Shown piece after piece: positions 53,445-64,000 of a stretch of DNA of 64,000 nucleotides. Every line of letters starts with the position of its first letter. Position 1 is the first letter of the stretch. Origin of the DNA: Octopus sinensis. Taxonomy: Eukaryota. The translations under genes and the position numbers were made by a program. Below the pieces are notes generated by a model. The model was not told the origin of the DNA. It did no database searches and saw only the letters and a list, made by a program, of their open reading frames with translations. The stretch is from assembly GCF_006345805.1 (NCBI RefSeq), contig NC_042998.1, positions 113,088,001 to 113,152,000 on the forward strand, written 5' to 3'.

Positions 53445-54110
53445 ATTAAACCTAAGAAAAGTTGCTTCTCCTTTGTTCACCTTTGATAAATATAGCCTTG
53501 ACTAGGAGGAATTCATCATCAGATGGTGTCAACAATCTTTGGATATTTTGACCCTGAACTGTAACACCATCCTGCTAGTGGGTCTGTAGTGGTAGCCAGA
53601 TCACTGCTCATCATCTCTTCCTGTCTTTCAGTTTAGCTCTTCTTTTTTGTTCTATAACCAATGAGGGACTCTTTCAGCTGTATCACCCATCCTGCATGCA
53701 GCTGTCTTTCTCTCTTCCTTATATTCCAATGGTTGTAAGCATTCTCCATGCTGAATGGGAAATCTTCTACAGTCAATATCAGGTGGCAATTGCTATGCCT
53801 ATCATTGCTTCTCCCAGTAATCCTGCAAGTTTCCAGCTCTTGGGTCTCCTCTATTCACAGGCTTAATTGCTCTTTTCTTCATATGAGACTGTAAGCTCAA
53901 TCAAGATTATCTTCTTTGCTTCCACCACAAAAATACAACTGGCCTCAAAGTTGACTGAATGACCTGGAGCAAGTGCAGTCATTATCCCAAATCTATCTTT
54001 ATATATTCCATAATGGAACCTTTTATAATAAACTGTTTGTTCTTGCTGTAGTCAGTGGATTTTCCCTTTCCCTCACAAACTTTATTCACCATCAATTATA
54101 TTATGACTGA
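53445..54110 (-). mobile_element. Hero-clade non-LTR retrotransposon 3' fragment, degraded
   Basis: STLRP...KKIILIELTVSYEE...CRRFP...GI*GRERKTA...TAERVPHWL, resembling the Hero endonuclease C-terminus. Confidence 0.65.
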
Positions 54111-54403
54111 CAGCTTTACTGACTATCATCAGTTCATCAGGTGTGGACACTAATGCACCTCCATTCTATAACTATGTGAACATCCAAAGAATGAAGGTGG
54201 ATTAATATTATTACTGAATGAACTGATAGACCCCTTAAACTGACAGCCATGATGTAAAACAATAATAAAGGTATGTTATGGTGTAAGTGTGGATAATTTT
54301 TGACCTTCCTTTGTACACACACACACACACACACATAGTTAATGTTTGTGTTTATGTTTAGTTATAATAAAATCAATTTTACATAGATCTTAGATATATC
54401 ATT

Positions 54404-54514
54404 CTTAAACAAGAGTATTGTTGACAGTGACTTCAAGGTTTCAACCAGCTGTCATCAGACAATGGCTTAGCTGCCAAAACTTCAAAGTCACTGTCAACAA
54501 TATTTTTGTTTAAG
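54404..54514. ncRNA. Palindrome with two opposed degenerate hammerhead cores (Penelope-like relic)
   Basis: 30-bp arms; minus CTGATGA cagctggtt GAAAC cttgaa GTC; plus CAGACAA T GGC ttagct GCC AAAAC ttcaaa GTC. Confidence 0.55.
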
Positions 54515-55189
54515 GTTTGGCTGCGTGGTAAGAAGCTTGCTTCCCAACCAAATGTTTTTGGGTTCAGTTTCACTGTGTGGCACCTTGGGCAAGTGTCTTC
54601 TACTATAGCCTCGGGCCGACCAAAGCTGTGTGAGTGGATTTGGTAGACAGAAACTGAAAGAAGCCCATTGTATGTGTGTGTGTGTATTTATGTGTGTGTG
54701 TCTTTGTGTGTCTTTGACCCCCCCCCCCTCACCATCACTTGACAATCAATGTTGGTGTATTTGTGTACCTGTAACTTAGCAGTTTGACTTACAGAGAATA
54801 AGTCCTAGGGTCAATTTCTTCAGCTAAAACCATTTAAGACCCTTTAAGGTGGTGCTCCAGCATGGCTACAGTCAAATGACTGGAACAAATAAAAGAATAT
54901 ATACATATATGTATGTATTTATGTATGTAAGTATGTGTATGTGTGTGTTGTAGAAATTCCACCTAGACAAGTTCCCTCGAATCCATGTGAGAATGGAAAA
55001 GTGTATATTAAAACAACAACACCAACAATGCTGATGCCAACAATAACAACAACTGGTACAAATGTAATTACAGATTTTTTTTATTTAACTTTCATACATA
55101 TTCTGGAATAAACTTTCAGTCTGTTGATATAAGCTAATAGTTTTGCTTCACTATTTCTTCTTGCTTATTTTAGGCAGTCAAATCAATTG

Positions 55190-55620
55190 TGGAAATAACG
55201 AAAATGGTAAATTCAAGCAATTTTATTTCATGAGTTCGAAATGAAAAGTGAAGCAGAACCTTTTCACACTATTTACCAAGAATTTGACCTGGGACTGCCA
55301 ATGAATGTACAACTCAGCTTTGCTTCCAGATATTTCATAGTGAACATGAGATCCTTGAAAATGAAGGTCACAGATGAAACTTCTGCAATTGACAGTCAAT
55401 TAGTGGCCATTACTGAAGTAGCTTTCCTAAAACATCTCAAGAGATTGCAGAAGAACTAGCCACTGACCATTCAATTTTTTGAAAATTGGTACCACATTGT
55501 AAAGTAAGAAAATTGCGACAAATGAGTACTAAATTAATGTTATTACATTAAAGCTACTTTAAGAATAACAACAGAAGATTTACTGATGCAGCAGCTCAAT
55601 ATCAAGAGAAAGTGGAACTT
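55190..55620 (+). mobile_element. Degraded mariner (Hsmar1-like) transposase N-terminus
   Basis: TANECTTQLCFQIFHSEHEILENEG...KTSQEIAEELATDHS. Confidence 0.65.
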
Positions 55621-55751
55621 ATTTCAAGGTTCAAATTGAGTAGGACTTTGGTTTTCCCTATTGGCTCACTCAACAGTTGAATAAGCTGATAGGTGAAACT
55701 CAAAGTCCCAGTCAGCTCAGATCTTATAACACGTACATACATACACACACA

Positions 55752-56755
55752 TAGTCATGTGCACAATAATTTGGCATCCTTTGTCAAAAATGGGTTTTTA
55801 TTGAATCTCTCTCTAAAATTAGATGTCTATGAAAATGCTCTTATGTCACAATAATGTGAACAACTAAAGCATAAATTTTGCCAAAAGAGGACATACAGCA
55901 CTGTTTAATATGGTAGTCTCAGCCAATAAAAATTTCAAGTAGTGTTCAAAATTATTGGCACCTACATAATAATTTGATTATTGCATTGCAAAAAATACTG
56001 ATTTAGGCTGCAATATAAGAATACATGTCAAATAATAGAGGTTAAGTCATCCTGAGAAAGTTCTAAAATACAGAAACTTTTAGAATAATGCATGGCAATG
56101 ATACATAATGTCATTTGCACAATCTTTTTGTGACCATCTTTTGGTCAACAAACTGTTCTATTAGGTGAAGGTAAAGGTATAGGGGTACATTTCTGACTTA
56201 AGGAGTGAAAATCTGAAGTCAACTGTGAAGCAACTGAGATTAGGACACTGCTGGACCTTCATGCAGGACAATGATCCCAAGTGTACCTCACTTTTAATTC
56301 AAAATTGGTAGAATGAAAACAAGGTAAGTGTACTTCCATGGTTTGCTCAAAGTCTTGACTTAACCTGATCGAAAATTCATGGCAAAAAGAGTGAAAGTAA
56401 AAAGGCCATCAAATTTGAAGTAGCTGGAAGAATATGCAATTGAAAAATGGGCTAAAATTCTTTCTGATCTGTACCTGAAGCTATTTGAAAACTATCCTCA
56501 CAGATTGAAAGAAGTTATTAAGCATAAAGAATACACTATTGATTATTAATCATCAAATGTTGTAAAGGTGCCAATAATTTTGAACCATCTAATTATTTTG
56601 TTTTGTTTAAAATAAATTGTTTTGGAAATTTAACTTTTGTTTGGTGTTCCTTAAGCAGTTATTCCTATATTGACACAAAATTATTTATGTGGACACAAAT
56701 TTTAGCAAGAAAACCCATTTTTGACAAGTGGTTTCAATAATTGTGTGCGTGATTG
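55752..56755 (+). mobile_element. Tc1-family IR/DR element, internally deleted
   Basis: Long TIRs sharing TTGTCAAAAATGGGTTTT; inner repeats GTTCAAAATTATTGGCACC; FMQDNDPK and W.AQSLDL...IENSW motifs. Confidence 0.8.
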
Positions 56756-57610
56756 TATGTATATATAGGTGCAGGAGTGACTGTGTGGTAAGAAGCTTGC
56801 TTCCCAACCACATGGTTCCAGGTTCAGTCCCACTGCATGGCAGCTCATACCTAAATGAATTGATATATAAATGTTTGTGTGTGTGTGTGTGTTTGGTGGA
56901 CTCTCCCTGTTGCTGAACAACCTGCACAAATGATTTGTTTATAATGATCAAACGTATATGCCATACATTAGTTCACTCCCTCCATCAAATTGATGTTGCC
57001 TGAACACGTTCAGTGTACTATGCATCAGGTGTCAAAGCAATCACAGAGCAATGCAAGATGAAGTACTTCGCCCAAGATTACAATGCACCACTTTCTAGGA
57101 ATTGAAACCACAATCTCAAGATTGTGAGTGCAACATCCTATATATTTATTTATTTATTTGTTATGGCTGGTCAGAGAGTGACCATTGGTTTCACACCTTT
57201 AAAGTGCTGGCAAGTCATCAGATTCAAATGGCTGGAGACACATAACCTCTCTACAACTGGAGGGTGGAAAGTGTCATAGGAGAAGCACACTCTAAAACAT
57301 TAGAGCAGTAGTATATTTAGAAGGCTGTTTGTTAACACACATATATTTGTATATATGTAAACACATATACATACATTCATCCATCCATACAAACCAATAT
57401 GTATGTGTGTGTGTGTGTGTAGGTGCCAGCATGGGTGTGTGATAGGAAGTTTGCTTCCCAACTATGTGATTCAGAGTTCAGTCCAATTGCATAGCTACAT
57501 GGCACCAAGTGCAAGTGTTCTCTACTATCGCCCCAGGCCAACTAAAGCCTTGTGTGCGGATTTGGTAGAAAGAAACTGAAAGTAGCCCATCATGTGTGTG
57601 TGTGTGTGTT

Positions 57611-57813
57611 CAAGGAGGTGCTGAAAAGTTCCTGGATTTGGGTAAAAGAAAATACAGGTAGATCAGTTAATTATGATTTTATTCAACACATCCACCCACC
57701 CGTTGCAGTGGTACTTCAGTTTTTCTAAGCCTAGTAAAAGAACTCAGAAAGTTGGGCTTTCAGCCAGGCCTTTCCCGATACCCTAAAAACCAAGAACTTT
57801 TCAGCATCCCCTT
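57611..57813. mobile_element. Mariner-type MITE nested in a SINE
   Basis: TIRs CAAGGAGGTGCTGAAAAGTTCCTGG / CCAAGAACTTTTCAGCATCCCCTTG; TA at right end. Confidence 0.75.
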
Positions 57814-57979
57814 GTATATATATGTGCTTGTGTTTTTCACCTCTACCTGCTTGATAAGTGGTGTTGATTTGTTTACATCTTTATAACTTGGCAGTTCAGC
57901 AAAAGAGACCAATAGAATAAGTACCAGGCTTAGAAAAAAAGCACTGGAATCAATTCATTTCACTAAAACCCTTCAAGTT

Positions 57980-58179
57980 GTTGGAGCACTGCATCCTTCA
58001 AAACTTCCATGCTTCCTGAGATTCGCCAGCACTACACCTGATTTTCTTCCCTCCATACATACGCAAGCATGTAACTGACTCATACACTGTTCACTTTCCA
58101 GACATTTGTACATTACTGTATATACTTTATATGCACTTTTGACAAGTTGTGGTGCACCTGAGCACTGTATACAATAATT

Positions 58180-58243
<64 letters not shown>
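57980..58243 (+). mobile_element. LINE-type 3' end with (ATT)n tail; second copy at ~60772-60855 on minus
   Basis: GTGGTGCACCTGAGCACTGTATACAATAATTTC(ATT)n shared by both copies. Confidence 0.6.
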
Positions 58244-58244
<1 letters not shown>

Positions 58245-58309
58245 TAAGATGGTGCCCCAGCATGGCCACAGTCCAATGACTGGAACAAGTAAAAGACAAG
58301 AGGTATACA

Positions 58310-59140
58310 TTTATCATCATCATCATTTAACATCTGTTGTCCCTGTTGGCATAGTTTGACCAGAGCTGGCAAGCTGGAAAGCTGCATCAGACTTCAATCT
58401 GATTTGACATGGTTTCTACAGCTGGATGTCCTTCCTATCACCGGCCTCTTTACAGAGTGTGCTAGGTGCTTTTATGTGGCATTGCACAGGCACTTTTACA
58501 CAGCCTCACACAGATGCTTTTACATGATGCTACACAAGCACTTTTACGTGATGCCTCCACAAGTGCTTCTTGCCACCAGAGGAACTGGCCTTAACACTTC
58601 TGCTGCAGAATATGGGTCTTCTTGAGTACAGCAAGGCACCAAGCATGTCCTTTGTCATCTCACCTGAAAGGTTTAGTGTCCTGAGATCATTCTTCAGTAC
58701 TTTGTCCCATATTTACCTGGGTTTCCCACTTCCACATATTCCATCTACTTTGAGAGATCAGCACTTCTTCATGGAGCAGTTGTCATCCATCTGTATCACA
58801 TGACCAAACCAGTGCAGTCTTCTCTCTTGCACACAGCAACTAATTCTTCTTATGCCTAACTTCTCTCCCAGAACACTTGCACTTTGTTAAACATGTACAC
58901 TTACATTACACATCCAGTGGAAAATACTAGCCTCATTCCTTTCTAACCTTCACTTGTCCTCTGCATTCATGGGCCATGTCTCACTACCATGTCAAATTGC
59001 TGTCCAAATACATGCATCATACAATCTTCCTTTCACTCAGAGAGAGAAACCTTTTGTGGCCAGCAGAGGTAACAACTGTCTGAATTCCCCCTGTCCTACT
59101 CTTATTCTATCTATCACACTTTTCATGCATTCTCTCCTTA
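58310..59140 (-). mobile_element. Old RTE 3' fragment
   Basis: Diverged match to the RTE ORF end and UTR. Confidence 0.7.
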
Positions 59141-59885
59141 GCAGAATTGTTAGACCATCAGATCAAATTACTATTTTCAAATGTGACTCAAATTTCTAGC
59201 TGAAATTTTGTATGCAATTATACAGTAATCATTTGTGAGCTCTGAGGTTATATCTTGCCATGGTCAGTTTCCTAATTTGCCTTTCATCTGTTTCAAAATC
59301 AATAAATGAAGTACCAGTCCTATATTGTATTCATTTCTTCTTTTTTGCTTATTCTTCCATTTTGTCTGTCTGGTTTTCTCTCATCTGGAAGGAATTGGTT
59401 GTACACAGATATTGAGTGCAATGGGTTACACCAGATTTTAAAATGCCCAAGACATGCCATATGTTACAACGGCACTCCTACGACTCCATTGAATAAATGA
59501 GGTCCCAAAACAGGGTAGTATAGTAAGTTTAAAGTTCCTTTCACCCTTTTTAGCTAAAATTTAGCATCTGAATACAATTATATTTATGTAAAGTATGTTT
59601 TGATCTAAATACATATATGTAATAATTTTCGCAACTCTGTTTTATACCATTAAAATAATACAGATATTTATATTTAATATATCAGTGGCACACTTCTTAA
59701 CCAAAGAAATTATTATTTTCCATTCTGACTGAAATTCTATCCTAACAATATCTTAATACTTCAGAAGTCATGTCATAAGACTAAAGGGGCACAACTAAGT
59801 TCGAGAAGCGAGTATTTTTTTAATCCTCATTTATATTCCTACTTTGTTGTAAGAAAGCTTAGAACCATTTTCTTTTTATACATTA

Positions 59886-60249
59886 CTAGCAGTATCGCCC
59901 GGCGTTGCTCGGGTTTGTAAGGAAATAACTATATAAGCATTTTTAGAGAGTTATAGCAAAAAAATGATGGCAAATTTTTTTTTTAATCGTTGACTCATCG
60001 TAGACATTTTTAGAGAGTTACTTCCCTTATATAATAGCAAAAAATGCATTAAAAATGGAAAAAAATTATGGTAATTTTTTTTTTTAATCGTAGACTCATC
60101 GTAGACGCGCGCTAATACCCAGAAGGGCTCGATATGAATCACGACTATAAGATACCCGGTTTTGGTTAAACTGCACCGCAAAATGTGGGAGTAGTTAGGA
60201 ATCTAAATCGTAGGAGACAGACACGCAACTTGACTTTTATATATAAAGA
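59886..60249 (-). mobile_element. Non-autonomous Helitron
   Basis: 5'-TC start, 3' hairpin CCCGAGCAACGCCGGG, CTAG end, inserted between A and T without TSD. Confidence 0.9.
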
Positions 60250-62309
60250 TATTGCCAATTGTATAATTTGTAACCGGTTGTAGCTTTAGTTTCCTCGGTT
60301 TTGCAACAAGTAAATTATTTATATCGGGATTATTTTAATATTTTGCTATCAAACTTTTAGGTTAACAGCAATGTTTAATTGTCGAACTTTTTATTATAAA
60401 CAGTGACATTTTTTTTTTGTTTAGTTCCCGTCCATTAATAATATCAGAAAAAAAGACTACAATGTGGTCAAAGCGTTGCAACGTTTCTAGAGAAAAGGTG
60501 AATACGTGTCACAGTATAGCTAGTGTGCGTATAACGTCTATATCTACGAGCCTACGAGGGAGTTCCTATGTAGTTCCTCGACCACCTTGAAACAGAAGCC
60601 AAATTGTTCTCAAATCACACCGTAATATTTTAGGGTTGGGTGAAAGTAGCACATTCGATAAAGTAGTATTGAATGCACCATGTCTTTGAACATAGATCTT
60701 CTTGATCAGTTATGATCAACGGTGAGTTATATACGATAAGTCTTATATGCTCACGAACATTTTAAATTATATAATAATAATAATGAAATTATTGTATACA
60801 GTGCTCAGGTGCACCACAGCTTGTCAAAAGTGCGTATAAAGCATACGCAGTATGCCTGATTAAAACTAAATAAGTACCCAACGAAGAGAAAATTAAAACA
60901 AATTTTTAGTAAACAAATACTTTATTTCACGAGTGAAATTTTTTAAAGACTAAGTTCAAAGTCGATTAAACATTTTAGTGTTTAGCTATTTGTGAGTAAT
61001 TTACAATTCCACTTCACTAACTTAGGTCAGCTCGCTTCTTCCAACTGAAGTGACCAGTCATAATATACAAACAATATTATTTTACTTTCTTTTACTAATT
61101 TCATTCAATGGACTGTGCTGTTATCACACAGTAGAAGTCGCTGCTACAACTTTCTTTCACTCGTTGGATTTTTGATAAACAAGGGATTTTGAGAGATGAA
61201 CGATGTCTATGTTTTTTTCAAAACTTCTCATTTCTGGTATTAGCCATTACCACAAATGATAGATTTCTGGAAATATGGAGAGAAATTATGCAGTGATGTT
61301 ATAATTGTTATAATATAATCATAGAAGTAGAATGCAGATCTTCCCACCCAGTCATTGAGTGTTTTTTAAAGGAAAGCAATGGTTCTCGATGTCAGGCAAC
61401 AGATAAAATTCTTAGACAGAAGAGTCCTGCCAAGTGGGTTTTCTTTAAATGACTGGGACGATGGAGAATAACTTTTGGTGTTATTCTTACTAGTTTATTT
61501 CAACGGTGATTACATTCAGCTTGGTGTGACCAGACAGGGTTCACTAATTTTGATATCGTCAGGCTTGCTGGATTACTTATGTGGGGTTCACTTAGGTGTT
61601 TTGAAGCCCACGAAAGTTTGAAAATCGTGAAATAATATAGCTGTGAAGTTTTACTTAGACTTTCCTGTAAAAATGCAAATAAAACTCATGTCAAATAATA
61701 TGATTTTCTTCTGATACACAAAAATGTATTTTAGTAGAAACTTTCTATTACGTAGAATAATTTCAATTAGAATTAATTTTGTTTGTTTTGTTTTTTTACG
61801 TAATTCCGTATCTTATCCTTTAACTTATTTAGATTAATGCCATTGTCCACTTGGATTATTTCCCTTAGCTCGTTTATCTTTCTGTTTCGTTTTAATTAAA
61901 CAAATTTGTATGACCTTTGTAAGTCTTCCTGTGTGCAAACTTATTGTCAACTGATTAATGCAGTTTAAATAAACTATACTATGCTGGTGAGATCCAACAA
62001 GATTGAAACATGTTCGCGTTTGTTCTGTTGCATACAAATCAAGATCAACTTCCCCATCCCCAAAACATGTAAATTTAGAAAAATTAAGACGTTTTTTGTT
62101 TTTGTTTTTAAATTATCTCCCTTCTTCTTTGTGAGTCACTATCAATGACCTTTAACGTTTATATTTTCTTTCTCCAAAAGAGAAATTTCAATCAAAAGTT
62201 TGTTTTTGTATACATAAATCAGCACATCTTCCTTTGACTTATCATTTTTGTTATTTATTGATCAAATTAATGAACCTCAATTACTGTGGATGGAACACAC
62301 AGTGCTTCT

Positions 62310-64000
62310 AGAACTCAGTTTTGCTGGTGTGGGCAGGTCTTCTAAAGAACTTTGTATTGCCAGACATCTCAGTCCATTATCAATTCCTCTGTGAGGCCCA
62401 ACAACTTGAGATCAGCCCTTACCACTTCATCCCATGTCTTCCTAGGTCTCCCACTTCCATGGATGATCAGACAGTTGTCTTCATTCATACACATCACATG
62501 TCCAAACCAACATAGCCTTCTCTCTTGCATGCTGCATTTGACACCTTATGCCCAACTTTTCTTGTCAATACATTTGCACTTTGTTATACATACACACTGA
62601 TGCTGCACATACAGCCTTCATTTCTTTCTAGCCAATGCATGTCTTCAGCATTCAGAGCCCATATCTCGCTACCATGGAGCATAGCAGTTCATACACAAGC
62701 ATCGTGCAGTCTGCCTTTCACTCTGAGAGAGAGTACTTTTGTTGCCAACAGAGATAACAGCTCCCTGAACTTCCTCCACCTTATTCTTATTCTAGAAACA
62801 ATACTTTCAGAGCATCCTCCACCATTGCTAATTTGGTCACCTCGGTAACAGAAACTATCAACAACCTCAAGAGAGCATCCTGGGCATTTGAGAGAATCTA
62901 AGTCCTGTGTACCCTTAATGCTTATAGTTCCTGCACATCTGCTACATACAAAGGCGACTTTATCTGTTAATCTACCTGTGATTCCACTGCACCTCTTATG
63001 TGTCCATAGCTTACACTGGGTGCAGTGAATGGTATTACTTCCAACACCTTTCCTACATACTGAGCAGGGCCATTTACCTGACAGAAAGAGAGTCTTACCT
63101 TCTTTCTTGCTAACAACAACTTTGTTCTTTGCTAGGTTAACTTTAAAGCCATTTGATTTCATGTTTTTCTTCCATAACTAGAATTTCTTCTCCAATTCTA
63201 CAACAGATTCTACAATAAGAGCAAGATCATCAGCATTAAGTAGTTCTGCCAGTTAGGCAGCCCTGGCATTGGCCATGCTCGAATGGTGCTTTATTATGTG
63301 CCACTAGCATATGTGCTGGTCAGGTAACACTGACATCAGCCATGACTATGATCTCATTTGGCTTGATAAGCCTTCTCAACCACAGTATATCTCCAACTGT
63401 CTCGGTCGCTTGTCATTGCTTCTGTGTGACCCAACATTCAAAGATCGTATTTCACCACCTCATCCCAGGTCTTTCTGGGTCTACTTCTTCCACAGGTCCC
63501 CTCCACTGTTAGAGTGTGGCACCTCTTCACACATCTGTCCTCGTCCATATGCATCACATGGCCATACCAGTGCAGTCATCTCCCTTACACACCACGTCTG
63601 ATACTTTTTATGTCGAACTTTTCTATCAGGATCTTCACACTTTATCATGCATGCACACTGACATTACACATCTAGTGGAGCATACTAGCTTCATTTCTTA
63701 CAAGACTATGTATGTTCTCAGCAGTCGCAGCCCAAGTTTCATTTCTGTGTAGCATGGCTGTTCACACACAGGCATCATACAATTTGCCTTTCACCCTGAG
63801 GAAGAAGCCTTTTGTTACCAACAGAGGTAGAAGCTCTCTGAACTTTGCCCAGCCTGTTCTTATTCTAGTAGCTATACTCTCAGAGCATCCACCCCTGCTA
63901 CTAACTTGGTCACCTAGGTAACAGTAGCTATCAACTACTTGTAGTTTTCCCCCCTGGTATGTGACGGAATGTATTTTCTGTACATTTTTGGTGGTTATTG
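62310..64000 (-). mobile_element. Two adjacent RTE-clade LINE fragments (~62310-63245 and ~63250 to window end)
   Basis: KWPCSVCRKGVGSN.IHCTQCKLWTHKRCSG (PHD-like insert), EVVDSFCY.GD, WRKFRELL; ADDLAL motif near 63220-63235. Confidence 0.88.

Noticed and set aside
55174-55459. Apparent acceptor plus 72-aa ORF
   Set aside because: Overlaps a degraded mariner transposase N-terminus
60900-62250. Unique-looking region with splice-like sites and short ORFs on both strands
   Set aside because: No consistent exon chain or recognisable protein; frequent stops

Overview
AT-rich, microsatellite- and transposon-dense animal genomic DNA, not prokaryotic. The SINE/RTE repeat complement looks like an octopus genome (recognised from memory, not verified). 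One well-supported protein-coding gene is present: a three-exon testis-specific serine/threonine kinase (TSSK family, TSSK4-like; + strand; exons 1413-1587, 5003-5304, 17084-17671; 354 aa) with intact catalytic motifs. The rest is mostly mobile DNA: RTE, R4/Dong, Tx1, Hero and CR1-type LINE fragments; tRNA-derived CORE- and Nin-type SINEs; mariner/Tc1/maT, hAT, Merlin-like and Helitron/Helentron derivatives. The most unusual signals are (i) several short palindromic elements carrying degenerate type I hammerhead-ribozyme cores in opposed orientation (Penelope-like relics), (ii) two ~800-bp fold-back structures with 97-98% identical arms, (iii) a mariner built from two left ends, (iv) an RTE insertion with a twin-priming-type inversion and TSD, (v) a (TAA)n landing pad with stacked retroelements, and (vi) a CpG-retaining candidate promoter near 49.1-49.4 kb plus weaker unannotated exon candidates. 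Repeat boundaries were set by eye and are approximate unless TSDs are given.
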